Source: an uncultured Bacilli bacterium (lineage in GTDB: Bacteria > Bacillota_I > Bacilli_A > RF39 > UBA660). From it: DNA of 64,000 nt. Shown one piece after another: positions 19,325 to 28,607 of the stretch. The translations under genes and the position numbers were made by a program. The stretch covers positions 588 through 64,587 of the forward strand of contig CAKOLK010000005.1 of the NCBI GenBank assembly GCA_934096275.1, read 5' to 3'. The notes below the pieces were generated by a model. The model was not told where the DNA came from. It did no database searches and saw nothing but the letters and a program-made list of their open reading frames with translations. Every line of letters starts with the position of its first letter. Position 1 is the stretch's first letter.

Positions 19325-20307
19325 TTATATTACATAATACTTTTTTATAATGCAATCAAAATAATGATAAACAGATTGTAATAACTCATTATTCTTATAA
19401 TAATTTTTATTTCTTGGTATCCTATCATAAAACAAATCATTGATCTTTTTAGTTACACCATACTTCACACCATTACTAGTTACTATTTTATCAAACATAT
19501 AAAGAGCATAAGTGATTTGTCTTATTCTTGAATTAGATAATTTTTTATATCTTGATTTTATACTTATATCACACCTATCTAAAAAATCAATAACTTCGAT
19601 ATGCGCTCTTTGGGTTTTATCTCTTACTCCTAAATCACTTAATATATTGGCATTATGGGCAACTGCGTTCCTTAACTTAACTATATCTTTCATTATATAA
19701 ACATCTTCTTTTTCTTTCTTCAATCCATATTCACTAGTAAAAAACTCATAAAAATTGATAAGTTCACCCATTGTTATTATTTCTAAGAACTCCCAAATAG
19801 GTATGTTTTCTAATCTATTATCTTTATCTATATCATATTTAGAAAAAATCTTTTTATAATAAGTGCTTGTAACTTTCTTTAAATACTATTGTGTAGTCTT
19901 TGTTCATTATTATAATCATTTTCTAGATACATATTTACTATTCTATACCCATCTTCTTCATCAATCTTTTCAATAAGATTAAGTATTTTCAATTTTAAAT
20001 AATGTTCTATATCCATTATTACATCATTAAGTACTAATCTAAGTTTCATATCAATTATAGATAGGTCTTTTAAATAAGCAAAATCTAAATCTAGATATTT
20101 ACCTTCCATTTTACCCGCAGGACTAGGATACTTTAAAAAATTATTCTTATAACAAGTAACATTATAATAATTATTATTAAACTTTAAATAAATAAACGCT
20201 TGCCTTTCACTAAATAATTTAAACTTAATGTTTTTCTTTTTTAAATTATTAATCATATCTTTTGTACTCATCATTGGTTCTAGTACATTTTTAGTTATCA
20301 TTTTCAT
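19325..20307 (-). pseudogene. frameshifted Abi_2 (AbiD/AbiF-like) abortive infection gene
   Basis: The N-terminal ORF (19879-20307) and C-terminal ORF (19325-19771, KLRNAVAHN motif) belong to one family. The C-terminal frame stays open up to 19885 (..IPIWEFLEIITMGELINFY), overlapping the end of the first ORF. Confidence 0.7.
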
Positions 20308-20402
20308 AGCGCACCTCCCAAAGAAAACTAAACTAAATATAACAAATATAAAATATTAAATCAAGCAAGTTTAGGGTAACAAAAAAAACTCTATAAAGAG
20401 TT

Positions 20403-21086
20403 CTAATTTTTAATAACAGATTTTAATCTTTTAATAACTTTCTTTTCTATTCTAGATATATAAGATTGACTAATATTAAGCTTTTCTGCAACATCTTTTT
20501 GTGTCATCTCTTCATAACCATTAAGACCATATCTTAAACACATTATTTCTTTATCTCTTTTATCAAGTTTATTTAATTCTTTTCTTAATAGTTGTTTATC
20601 TAATTCATCATCTAATCCTTTAGTAACTATATCCTTATCAGTACCCAATATATCCTCAAGATGAAGTTCATTTCCATCAGCATCAAAACTAAGGGATTCT
20701 TCAAAAGATATATCAGTCTTACTTTTTTTAGTTTTTCTAAGATACATAAGTATTTCATTATCAATACATCTAGAGCAGTAAGTAGCAAGTTTTATATTCT
20801 TATCCTTAGAAAAAGTATTAATTCCTTTGATTAAACCAATAGAGCCTATGCTTACTAAATCTTCAAGATCAACTTTAGTATTTTCATATCTTTTAGCAAG
20901 AAAGACCACTAATCTAAGATTATGTTCAATAAGTTTATTTCTAGCACTTGTATCTCCATTAAATGATAAATCAATTAATTTGTCTTCTTCTTCCTTTTCA
21001 AGTGGCGGAGGCAAAATATCAGTTGCCCCAACATAAAAAATATTATTCTTTCTAAATAACCTCTTTAAAAACATAATTATTTTCAT
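20403..21086 (-). CDS. sigE: sporulation sigma factor SigE (pro-sigma-E)
   Basis: YVGATDILPPPLEKEEE...ARNKLIEHNLRLVVFLAKRY; lies directly downstream of spoIIGA with a 4-nt overlap. Confidence 0.85.
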   Translation of the reverse strand: MKIIMFLKRLFRKNNIFYVGATDILPPPLEKEEEDKLIDLSFNGDTSARNKLIEHNLRLVVFLAKRYENTKVDLEDLVSIGSIGLIKGINTFSKDKNIKLATYCSRCIDNEILMYLRKTKKSKTDISFEESLSFDADGNELHLEDILGTDKDIVTKGLDDELDKQLLRKELNKLDKRDKEIMCLRYGLNGYEEMTQKDVAEKLNISQSYISRIEKKVIKRLKSVIKN

Positions 21087-21859
21087 TCAATCATCTCCTT
21101 ATGCAGTATTATATCAGTATCATATAGATGAAATTTGTCATTTGATAACCCAATTAATACATTATATTTATAACCAATATCTTTTATGTATAACTTATCA
21201 CAAAAAATGCATTTCATTAGTCCTTTTCCACTTATAGTATTATAAGGAACCATTATAAAAGAATCATATAAAATACTAATTCCTTTATTTAAAATAATAA
21301 TAGGTTTATTAAAATAGGGATCATATAAATTATTACCAGTATCTAAATAACCATTTAATTTAAGCACTTGATCTTTATTATATAAAACAACACTATATAT
21401 ATTAGATACATTATTCTTGTACACTTTATTTATATAAGAATATAACTCAATAATTAATAAAGAACCAAGTAACACTATAATATTATTAAGATTAAAACCA
21501 TTAGTAAAAAGTATTACACCAGTAGATTTATTACCAAGTTGATTATTAATAAAGAAAAGTGATCCTCCGAGTATTATAGAAAGTAATATTAAATATATAA
21601 AATTAGTAAATGTATATTTAAAGCTTTTAAAAGAAAAAGTAATAAGTAGCATAATAACTCCGAGTAAGAGTTTAATAAAGAAATATATAAAACCATTTAT
21701 AGATATAAAAAGTATAAAAATAGTAAACCCTCCGAATATAGAACCAAGTAATAATCTTGTTCTAGAAGCATTTCTTTTTAATATAATATTTATTCCATAT
21801 AAAAGAATAAGATCAAATAAGAAATTAATAAAAAAAATATAATCTACATATATAGTCAT
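21083..21859 (-). CDS. spoIIGA: sigma-E processing peptidase SpoIIGA
   Basis: Five N-terminal TM segments plus LDTGNNLYDPYFNKPIII (aspartic protease motif). Confidence 0.85.
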   Translation of the reverse strand: MTIYVDYIFFINFLFDLILLYGINIILKRNASRTRLLLGSIFGGFTIFILFISINGFIYFFIKLLLGVIMLLITFSFKSFKYTFTNFIYLILLSIILGGSLFFINNQLGNKSTGVILFTNGFNLNNIIVLLGSLLIIELYSYINKVYKNNVSNIYSVVLYNKDQVLKLNGYLDTGNNLYDPYFNKPIIILNKGISILYDSFIMVPYNTISGKGLMKCIFCDKLYIKDIGYKYNVLIGLSNDKFHLYDTDIILHKEMIE

Positions 21860-21912
21860 AATACCACCTAAACTATTATATAAATTATATTTTAAATATT
21901 TTGTCGATTATA

Positions 21913-21951
21913 ATATGACTAAGCACTAATAACTAAAGTCCTTAGTCATAT
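21913..21951. repeat. 11-bp perfect inverted repeat upstream of spoIIGA
   Basis: atatgactaag (21913-21923) pairs with cttagtcatat (21941-21951) across a 17-nt loop. No clear T-run, so it could be a terminator or an operator. Confidence 0.5.
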
Positions 21952-22232
21952 ATAAAACCATATTTTTTTAATAATATTTTATAATCATACTCACTAATAA
22001 CTTTATTACACCAATATGATTTTGCATTAACATCAAGAATAGGAAACTTCATATCATAATAAGTTCATGAATTATTTCAAGCAAGTCTTTTGGTAATTTA
22101 GAATAATTATAAGAAATACTATAATCATAAAGCGGTTTATCCGTCTTAAAAGAATCTTTATTTTGTTTTATAATACTTACCTCCATCACTTCATATTAAT
22201 TGTATCATATTTTTTAAATACAAAAAAAGACA

Positions 22233-23042
22233 TTATCTAATGATAATATCTCCTTTTACAGAATTAACTTTTAATTGATAAGTACCTTTATATGATTTAG
22301 CTACTATTTTATCACCAAGAGTATCAGAAACATCAACTGAAGCATTCTTAATTCCCTTAATAGATATATCTCCATCACGAGACTCTACAACACTATTATT
22401 AGTGAGATTAAACTTATTTATTGTTATATCTCCCTCAACCGACATAACTGAAGCTTCATCTTTAATATCAGAAATAACAACATCTGAATCAATAACATCA
22501 AGATCAAGAACTCTTACTTTATTAATAGAAACATCTCCATCATCAGATTTAACAGTTAATTTATTAATCTTAGATAAACATATATCTCCATCAGTAGTTT
22601 CAATATTAGCATTAATATTAAAATTATTCTTAATAGAAACATCTCCGTCAGTAGAATTAACATTTAGTGTTCCAATATAACTCTTTGGAAGAATAACCAT
22701 AACCTTTTGTTTTAAAAAACCATTCTTATGAGAAAACTTATGATTAATCATTTCTATATTTAAATCTTTATTAGTAGAAGTACTTATATCAATATTTTCT
22801 TTATCATTACCATAGTATTTAACTATTATTTTATCATTCGAGCCAGTTTTTACTTCAAGATCATAATATAACATATTAAAATTAATATTATTCACACCAG
22901 ATATATTATACTCATTAGTATATGCTAGATTAAGTCTTAAGTCAAATATTCCACATAAATTAAGTAAAAACATTAGAGTACATAGTATAACAGTTATTAG
23001 TATTATTAGATTATTTCTATATATTTTTTTATTTTCTTTCAT
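22233..23042 (-). CDS. DUF4097-like beta-helical membrane-anchored protein
   Basis: N-terminal TM segment, then seven or more repeats of the form [ST]xDGD[VI]xI[KN]. Confidence 0.7.
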   Translation of the reverse strand: MKENKKIYRNNLIILITVILCTLMFLLNLCGIFDLRLNLAYTNEYNISGVNNINFNMLYYDLEVKTGSNDKIIVKYYGNDKENIDISTSTNKDLNIEMINHKFSHKNGFLKQKVMVILPKSYIGTLNVNSTDGDVSIKNNFNINANIETTDGDICLSKINKLTVKSDDGDVSINKVRVLDLDVIDSDVVISDIKDEASVMSVEGDITINKFNLTNNSVVESRDGDISIKGIKNASVDVSDTLGDKIVAKSYKGTYQLKVNSVKGDIIIR

Positions 23043-23122
23043 AATTTAAACTCCTTTTTAATTATTATTTAATTAACCATATCAGACACAGTTAAGTGAA
23101 AATGGTCTGGTCAAAGGGTCCG

Positions 23123-25324
23123 TCAGTCCAGAGCGCCAGGAAGCACGGCACGAGCAGAGTAGTAAGTGTAAGCAGAACCGTAGTAGTGGCTGAAGCGGAA
23201 CGCGCCGGCGCTAGCACCATCGCTATAGGACCCACCACGGAGGAACCAAGGGGTGGAACTGCTAGGAAAGTTGGCGTAATCTGAATACCAGTTACCACTT
23301 GTTCCTGTTGGTGCCATTTCTTTTGTTGCATCTCCTAGTTTTCCTCTTGTATATTCTGTAGCTCTTGTTCCATAACTATATTTATCATAATATCTTTTAC
23401 TTGGAAATGCATATATTCCTGTAAATGTCCTACCACCATCATATAAGATTCCTGTAAATGCTGAGTTATAGTTATTACTTGTTTTATATCCACTCATTTG
23501 TTGTCCATTACTATATACCATATTACCCATCATATATTCATATGATCCACCACTCATGTCATATACTCCATATACATTTCCTGTTGTTGATGCACTTTGT
23601 CCTAATGTTGTTGTATATGAATTACATGTTGCACCCTCACTAGTTGAACCTTCACTTTGTGGCCCACATCCTGTTGTATATGTATTTGCACTATTTATTG
23701 CTACTTCTTTATTTATTCCATATTTACTATGTGATAAATATGTTACTGCTCCCCATTCCATATTTTTCATCATATGAGTTTCATCAGTTGTTGCAAATCC
23801 ATATTTATTTCCAGACTCTCTCATCTTTTGGATTCCATTAAAGAATGTTCCTACTTGTGCACCTCTCCATGATGCTACATTTGGTTTTATCTGAGGTCTT
23901 ATTGTTTGTAAGTTACATCCTGACCCTACTGCTACATAATCTGAAGCTGTACATGTAGTATCACTTGATACTTCAAACTTACCTACCCATATTCCTGTTA
24001 GTTCTTCTCCTGTTTCTCTTACGTTGTTATCATTTTTATCCCACCAAAATGCTGGATGAGTATATGTACTTGTTCCTGCTTTTAATCCTCCATTTGTTGT
24101 ATCTGTACATGTTTCACTTGTACTTGATGTTCCAGTAACATTATTAGTACATTTAATTGTACCAGTACTTGCTGTACCACTTTCAAACTTAACATTTATT
24201 TCTTGTGGTGTATTTGTATTTAAATATGTATATGTATATCTTGGTACCCATACCCACATTGTATTTATATCACTCATTGGTATTGTTGTTCCTGCATCTG
24301 CTTTTAAATAAGTTGCTCTATTTGTTTCACTTACTGTTACTGCATTTGCCCACATCTTATCATCATAATCATACCATGTATTATCACTTTTTACATACCC
24401 TGTTTTTTCTATAGTAGCTTTTTTGCCATAATACTCGCTACTTGTTAAAATATTTTTATCTTCTTCAGTAATATAACCATCACTATTCATATCACCAGGA
24501 ATACATTCTTTTGTATTAGCTTTTTTATTGTAACACTTAGTTATGTTCAATAATATACCTAAATCTGCAGAATTAATCCAACCATTATTATCTAAATCTC
24601 CAAGTTTATAAGTATATTCTACTAAACTATTAGTATCATCGGCCTTTTTCCATGCCTTATTTGTTTCATCATAATATACTGGTATCATGTTTGAAGTAAG
24701 CTTTGGTGCATTTGCTCCGCTTTTATCTATTAATCTTTTTGGTGCAGCCTCATTATTCACATTAACTCTAAACTTATAACTATAAGTCTTTTCATTTATC
24801 TTACTAGCATCAAAATTATAATCTAACCAAGTTCTTAGTCTATATGTAGTACTACGTTCTGTATCATTTTTATTAAATGTTTCTTCTTGAGACTTTAATA
24901 CATATTGATTTAACATTTTTATACTAATTGGACCAGTAACCAATACCTCAGTATTATTATCTACTTTAGTAAGATAAACTTTAATATCACTATCACTAAA
25001 CTTAGTATAAGAGCTATCTACATTAAGTGGTTCTAATACTATATTATAATTCATAGTCATTTCTTTATTAGTCTTAATATAAGTATTAACCTTAAACTCA
25101 AAATAATTAGTACTTGATATACCTTTATTATCACTCGTAGGAACAACATTATTTAATGTAATTTCATTAGATTCACTATAACTCATCTTTACTTGACCAG
25201 TAGATATAGAATTATTATCAGTAAGTAAATCTATATTATATAAAGCATAAGTTCCAAATGATAAAACTCCTACTGCAAATAAAGATAAAACTATCATAGT
25301 AAATATTTTCTTTTTCTTATCCAT
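23123..25324 (-). CDS. secreted protein, paralog family member 3 (TasA/SipW-type N-terminus, dockerin-like EF-hand pair, FGE-sulfatase/C-type-lectin-like C-terminal domain with an adenine-poor patch)
   Basis: Signal ...SFGTYALYNID and TGQVKMSYSESNEITLNNVVP module; DLDNNGWINSADL and DMNSDGYITEEDK loops; C-terminal WVGKFEVS ... WFLRGGSYSDG... Confidence 0.65.
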   Translation of the reverse strand: MDKKKKIFTMIVLSLFAVGVLSFGTYALYNIDLLTDNNSISTGQVKMSYSESNEITLNNVVPTSDNKGISSTNYFEFKVNTYIKTNKEMTMNYNIVLEPLNVDSSYTKFSDSDIKVYLTKVDNNTEVLVTGPISIKMLNQYVLKSQEETFNKNDTERSTTYRLRTWLDYNFDASKINEKTYSYKFRVNVNNEAAPKRLIDKSGANAPKLTSNMIPVYYDETNKAWKKADDTNSLVEYTYKLGDLDNNGWINSADLGILLNITKCYNKKANTKECIPGDMNSDGYITEEDKNILTSSEYYGKKATIEKTGYVKSDNTWYDYDDKMWANAVTVSETNRATYLKADAGTTIPMSDINTMWVWVPRYTYTYLNTNTPQEINVKFESGTASTGTIKCTNNVTGTSSTSETCTDTTNGGLKAGTSTYTHPAFWWDKNDNNVRETGEELTGIWVGKFEVSSDTTCTASDYVAVGSGCNLQTIRPQIKPNVASWRGAQVGTFFNGIQKMRESGNKYGFATTDETHMMKNMEWGAVTYLSHSKYGINKEVAINSANTYTTGCGPQSEGSTSEGATCNSYTTTLGQSASTTGNVYGVYDMSGGSYEYMMGNMVYSNGQQMSGYKTSNNYNSAFTGILYDGGRTFTGIYAFPSKRYYDKYSYGTRATEYTRGKLGDATKEMAPTGTSGNWYSDYANFPSSSTPWFLRGGSYSDGASAGAFRFSHYYGSAYTYYSARAVLPGALD

Positions 25325-25433
25325 AGTTATCTCTCCTTATTATCTATTACAATTATATAAAATATTTAATTCTTTGTAAAGATACTATTTTACATAATAT
25401 AAATAATTTGATACAATATAGACGGTGATTCGT

Positions 25434-26552
25434 ATGGAAGTAATTGGAATAATAGCAGAATATAACCCTTTTCATCTAGGGCATTTATATCATATTAAAA
25501 AAATTAAAGAAATGTATAAAGATTCTTTAGTTATATGTGTTATGTCATCATCATTTTGTGAACGAGGAGAAATAAGTGTACTTAATAAATGGGATAAAAC
25601 CAGTATTTGTCTTAATAACGGAATAGATATAGTAATTGAACTACCTTTTGTATTTTCATCTCAAAGTGCTGACATCTTTGCTAAAGGAGCAGTCTCTATA
25701 CTAAATAAATTAAATGTATCTAAAATAATATTTGGTAGTGAATCAAACGATATAAATCTTTTATACAATATAGCTAACTTACAAGTAAATAATAATGAGT
25801 TTGATTCTCTAGTAAAAAAATATCTTGATAATGGTAATAACTACCCTACTAGTTTATCTCTGGCATTAAAACATTTTAATATTAAAAAGATTGATACTCC
25901 CAATGACTTACTAGGTATATCATATATAAAGGAAATAATTAAAAATAACTATAATATTGAACCTATCTGTATAAAAAGAACTAATGACTATCATGGTAAA
26001 GAAATTAATGATAATATTATAAGTGCTAGTCTAATTAGAAAACTAATAAGAGAAAACAAAGACATATCTAAATATATTAATTATGATGATAATATTATTT
26101 ATAAAAATACTGACTATTTAGATTTATTAAAATATAAGGTAAATACTACTGATGATTTATCTATCTATCAAACAGTAGATGAAGGAATAGAATCTAGAAT
26201 ACTAAAATATATAAATGATTCAAATACTATTGATGAGTTAATATCAAATATTAAAACTAAAAGATATACTTATAATAAAATAAATAGAATGTTAATACAT
26301 ATTTTAACTGATTTTAAAAAGAAAGATTTTATAAACGAAATTACTTATATAAGAATACTTGGTTTTAATTTTAAAGGTAAGAAGTATTTAAATGGTATTA
26401 AAAAAGATATAGATATTCCTCTTATTAGTAATTATAAACCTAATATAGATAAAAATCTTGATATAGAGTTTAAAGCAACTAAAATATATTCTCTTATCGT
26501 AAAAGATAATACTTTAATAAAAAAAGAACTAAATAAACCAATAATTATTTAG
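25434..26552 (+). CDS. tmcAL: tRNA(Met) cytidine acetate ligase (TmcAL/YlbM, UPF0348)
   Basis: GIIAEYNPFHLGHLYHIKK nucleotidyltransferase motif; length fits. Confidence 0.8.
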   Translation: MEVIGIIAEYNPFHLGHLYHIKKIKEMYKDSLVICVMSSSFCERGEISVLNKWDKTSICLNNGIDIVIELPFVFSSQSADIFAKGAVSILNKLNVSKIIFGSESNDINLLYNIANLQVNNNEFDSLVKKYLDNGNNYPTSLSLALKHFNIKKIDTPNDLLGISYIKEIIKNNYNIEPICIKRTNDYHGKEINDNIISASLIRKLIRENKDISKYINYDDNIIYKNTDYLDLLKYKVNTTDDLSIYQTVDEGIESRILKYINDSNTIDELISNIKTKRYTYNKINRMLIHILTDFKKKDFINEITYIRILGFNFKGKKYLNGIKKDIDIPLISNYKPNIDKNLDIEFKATKIYSLIVKDNTLIKKELNKPIII

Positions 26553-27630
26553 TCTTTTTTATTATATCTAATTCTTCTTTAAGAAAAGAATAATCACTTA
26601 TAAAATCATTGTATAATTCACTACAAGATACATAACATTGTCCATTTAAGAACTCTTTTAATAACCTAAGCCCACTTGCTTTATCTTTTTGATATAAATT
26701 AGCAAAATATGTACCTACTAGTATTCCATATCCATACTTAATATTATTCAAATAAGAATCACACTCTTTAATATATCTTTTATCATTCTTATATAACTCT
26801 TTATAATAAGGTATTCTATACATATGACCATCATATAAAATATTAATATTACCAATCAAAAAATTAAGAGTCTTAAAACAAGCAAGTATTTCATTAAGTT
26901 TATACTCTTTCATATAATTCGCTTCTTTAAGATTAAGATAATCATTTGCAAAGTTTAAAAAAGTCATATCAAAAAACGATGAACAAACCTCTGAATAATA
27001 ATTATCATACTTAGAAACAGACTCTATGGGCCTATTAAGTACAAACTTATCCTCATAAACATGACCCATTTCATGCGCTAATACATAAGTGTCTATAAAA
27101 GAAGAAACCCTATTTCTTTGATTAATATATATACAATACTTATCATAACTAGGAAAAGAAAAAGCCCTCCCATATGTATCATTTCTATTATCATGATACA
27201 CTATATTACTTTTCATACTATTAAAAAACTCTACTAAAGAAGGATCAATACTCTCAAAAAATGAATTCAACAAATGCATCTTTTGCTTAGTATTAAAAAC
27301 AACCTGATCATCAAGATAAAACAATCTATCAGGATTTAAACTAATACCATTAAAACTCTTCATTACATTACTCGATACATCACATATAAAATCAGTATTC
27401 TCAAACAGCATTCTATAAGGAATACTATGTTTAAAATTATAATGTTTAAGATTAATAAATGGTAATATTTCATATAAATTATTATCATCAATCATATCAA
27501 GCAATTCAATAATATGACAATATTGATAAGATAAAGCAATCCTATCCTCAGTATTAATATCTGATAATAAATTTATCTCTATTCTTCTTTTTAATCTATT
27601 AAGTTCTTTTATCTTTTTATTAATATCCAT
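26545..27630 (-). CDS. putative zinc metallopeptidase (short M3/PepF-like form)
   Basis: LAHEMGHVYE HExxH motif, with a downstream YSEVCSSFFD as a possible third zinc ligand. Confidence 0.45.
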   Translation of the reverse strand: MDINKKIKELNRLKRRIEINLLSDINTEDRIALSYQYCHIIELLDMIDDNNLYEILPFINLKHYNFKHSIPYRMLFENTDFICDVSSNVMKSFNGISLNPDRLFYLDDQVVFNTKQKMHLLNSFFESIDPSLVEFFNSMKSNIVYHDNRNDTYGRAFSFPSYDKYCIYINQRNRVSSFIDTYVLAHEMGHVYEDKFVLNRPIESVSKYDNYYSEVCSSFFDMTFLNFANDYLNLKEANYMKEYKLNEILACFKTLNFLIGNINILYDGHMYRIPYYKELYKNDKRYIKECDSYLNNIKYGYGILVGTYFANLYQKDKASGLRLLKEFLNGQCYVSCSELYNDFISDYSFLKEELDIIKKTK

Positions 27631-27694
27631 ATATAACACCCTTTTTGTAAAAGATATTATACATTATTTTTAATCAAAGTCAAGAAAAAATGCC

Positions 27695-28117
27695 CTAAAG
27701 CATTTCTATTTCCTCGATTAAATCCAATTGTTCCATTAAAGCATTTCTAATTTTCTTCTTACATATAATAATGTTCTTATTAAGAAGTTCTTTATCATTC
27801 TGTATCTTTTGTGCTTTAATAAGGGCATCATTTACTATTCTACTAGCATTATCTTTTGCTTCTTTTATTATAAGATCTGCTTGTTGCTCTGCTAAACGTT
27901 TAATTTCGGTAGTAGTATATTCAGTCTGAGTATTAAGATATTGATAAGAAGATTCCATTCTTTTATACTTTTCAAGTTCTAAATTAAGCCTTCTGATCTC
28001 TTCATTTTGACTCTTAATAGTATCAATATTTTCCTCAGTCTTTTTAATTACATAGTCTACAAATTCATTAACTTCTCTTTTATCATAACCCATTTGTGAT
28101 TGATTGAAATTATCCAT
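27695..28117 (-). CDS. DivIVA domain protein
   Basis: GYDKREVNEFVDYV followed by a coiled coil; adjacent to sepF. Confidence 0.7.
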   Translation of the reverse strand: MDNFNQSQMGYDKREVNEFVDYVIKKTEENIDTIKSQNEEIRRLNLELEKYKRMESSYQYLNTQTEYTTTEIKRLAEQQADLIIKEAKDNASRIVNDALIKAQKIQNDKELLNKNIIICKKKIRNALMEQLDLIEEIEML

Positions 28118-28136
28118 ATACCACACCTCATTTATA

Positions 28137-28532
28137 TTACCAGTCTAATTCTTGTTCTTCTTTTTTACTCTTTTGAGCTTGTTTTTCTCCTTCGCTTATT
28201 TTGCCTTCGATATTAAAATTATTCGGAGCACATAAGAAAATACCATTTCCTAATTTTTGCATGTTTCCCCCGATTGCATATATAGTACCACCAAGAAAGT
28301 CTATAATTCTTTTAGCAACTTCAGGTGTTACTCTTTTTAAATTAACTACTACAGAGCATCTTTTTTTAAGATAGTCTGCTATTTGTTGAGATTCAGAATA
28401 AGCACGTGGTTCTAAAAGAATCATTTTAGCACCATTTACATCTTCTTTAGTTGAATCTTCATAATATTCATTTTCTTTTGTATTATCTATTTTTTGGTCA
28501 TCACCAATAAACTTTTTCAAATCAAATTTCAT
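28137..28532 (-). CDS. sepF: cell division protein SepF
   Basis: VVNLKRVTPEVAKRIIDFLGGTIYAIGGNMQKLGNGIFLCAPNN. Confidence 0.8.
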   Translation of the reverse strand: MKFDLKKFIGDDQKIDNTKENEYYEDSTKEDVNGAKMILLEPRAYSESQQIADYLKKRCSVVVNLKRVTPEVAKRIIDFLGGTIYAIGGNMQKLGNGIFLCAPNNFNIEGKISEGEKQAQKSKKEEQELDW

Positions 28533-28607
28533 ATTTCATTCCTCCACTAGTATTCATATATATGATAACACAAACTATTAAGCACTTGCAATGTTTTTTT
28601 TTATTTT

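Noticed and set aside
21960-22232. Small coding remnants between the DUF4097 gene and spoIIGA
   Set aside because: An RBS-like GGAGG is followed by an ATT/ATA codon rather than a start codon. A 36-aa ATG ORF (MKFPILDVNAKSYWCNKVISEYDYKILLKKYGFIYD) is also readable. Both are too short and fragmented to call and probably represent a decayed gene.
22402-22680. 92-aa plus-strand ORF antisense to the DUF4097 gene
   Set aside because: It is a repetitive antisense reading of the DGD repeat region, and the minus-strand protein has clear family features.
23092-23331. ORFs 23092-23331 (-) and 23096-23284 (+) overlapping the end of the 733-aa gene
   Set aside because: They exist only because the GC-rich patch lacks AT-rich stop codons in every frame. 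They have no RBS, and the 733-aa frame is the coherent one.
23458-24414. Plus-strand His/Tyr/Leu-rich ORFs (23458-23643, 23556-23777, 23644-23841, 24205-24414)
   Set aside because: They are antisense shadows of the Thr/Gly/Tyr/Asn-rich region of the 733-aa gene. Their low-complexity translations have no start signals.
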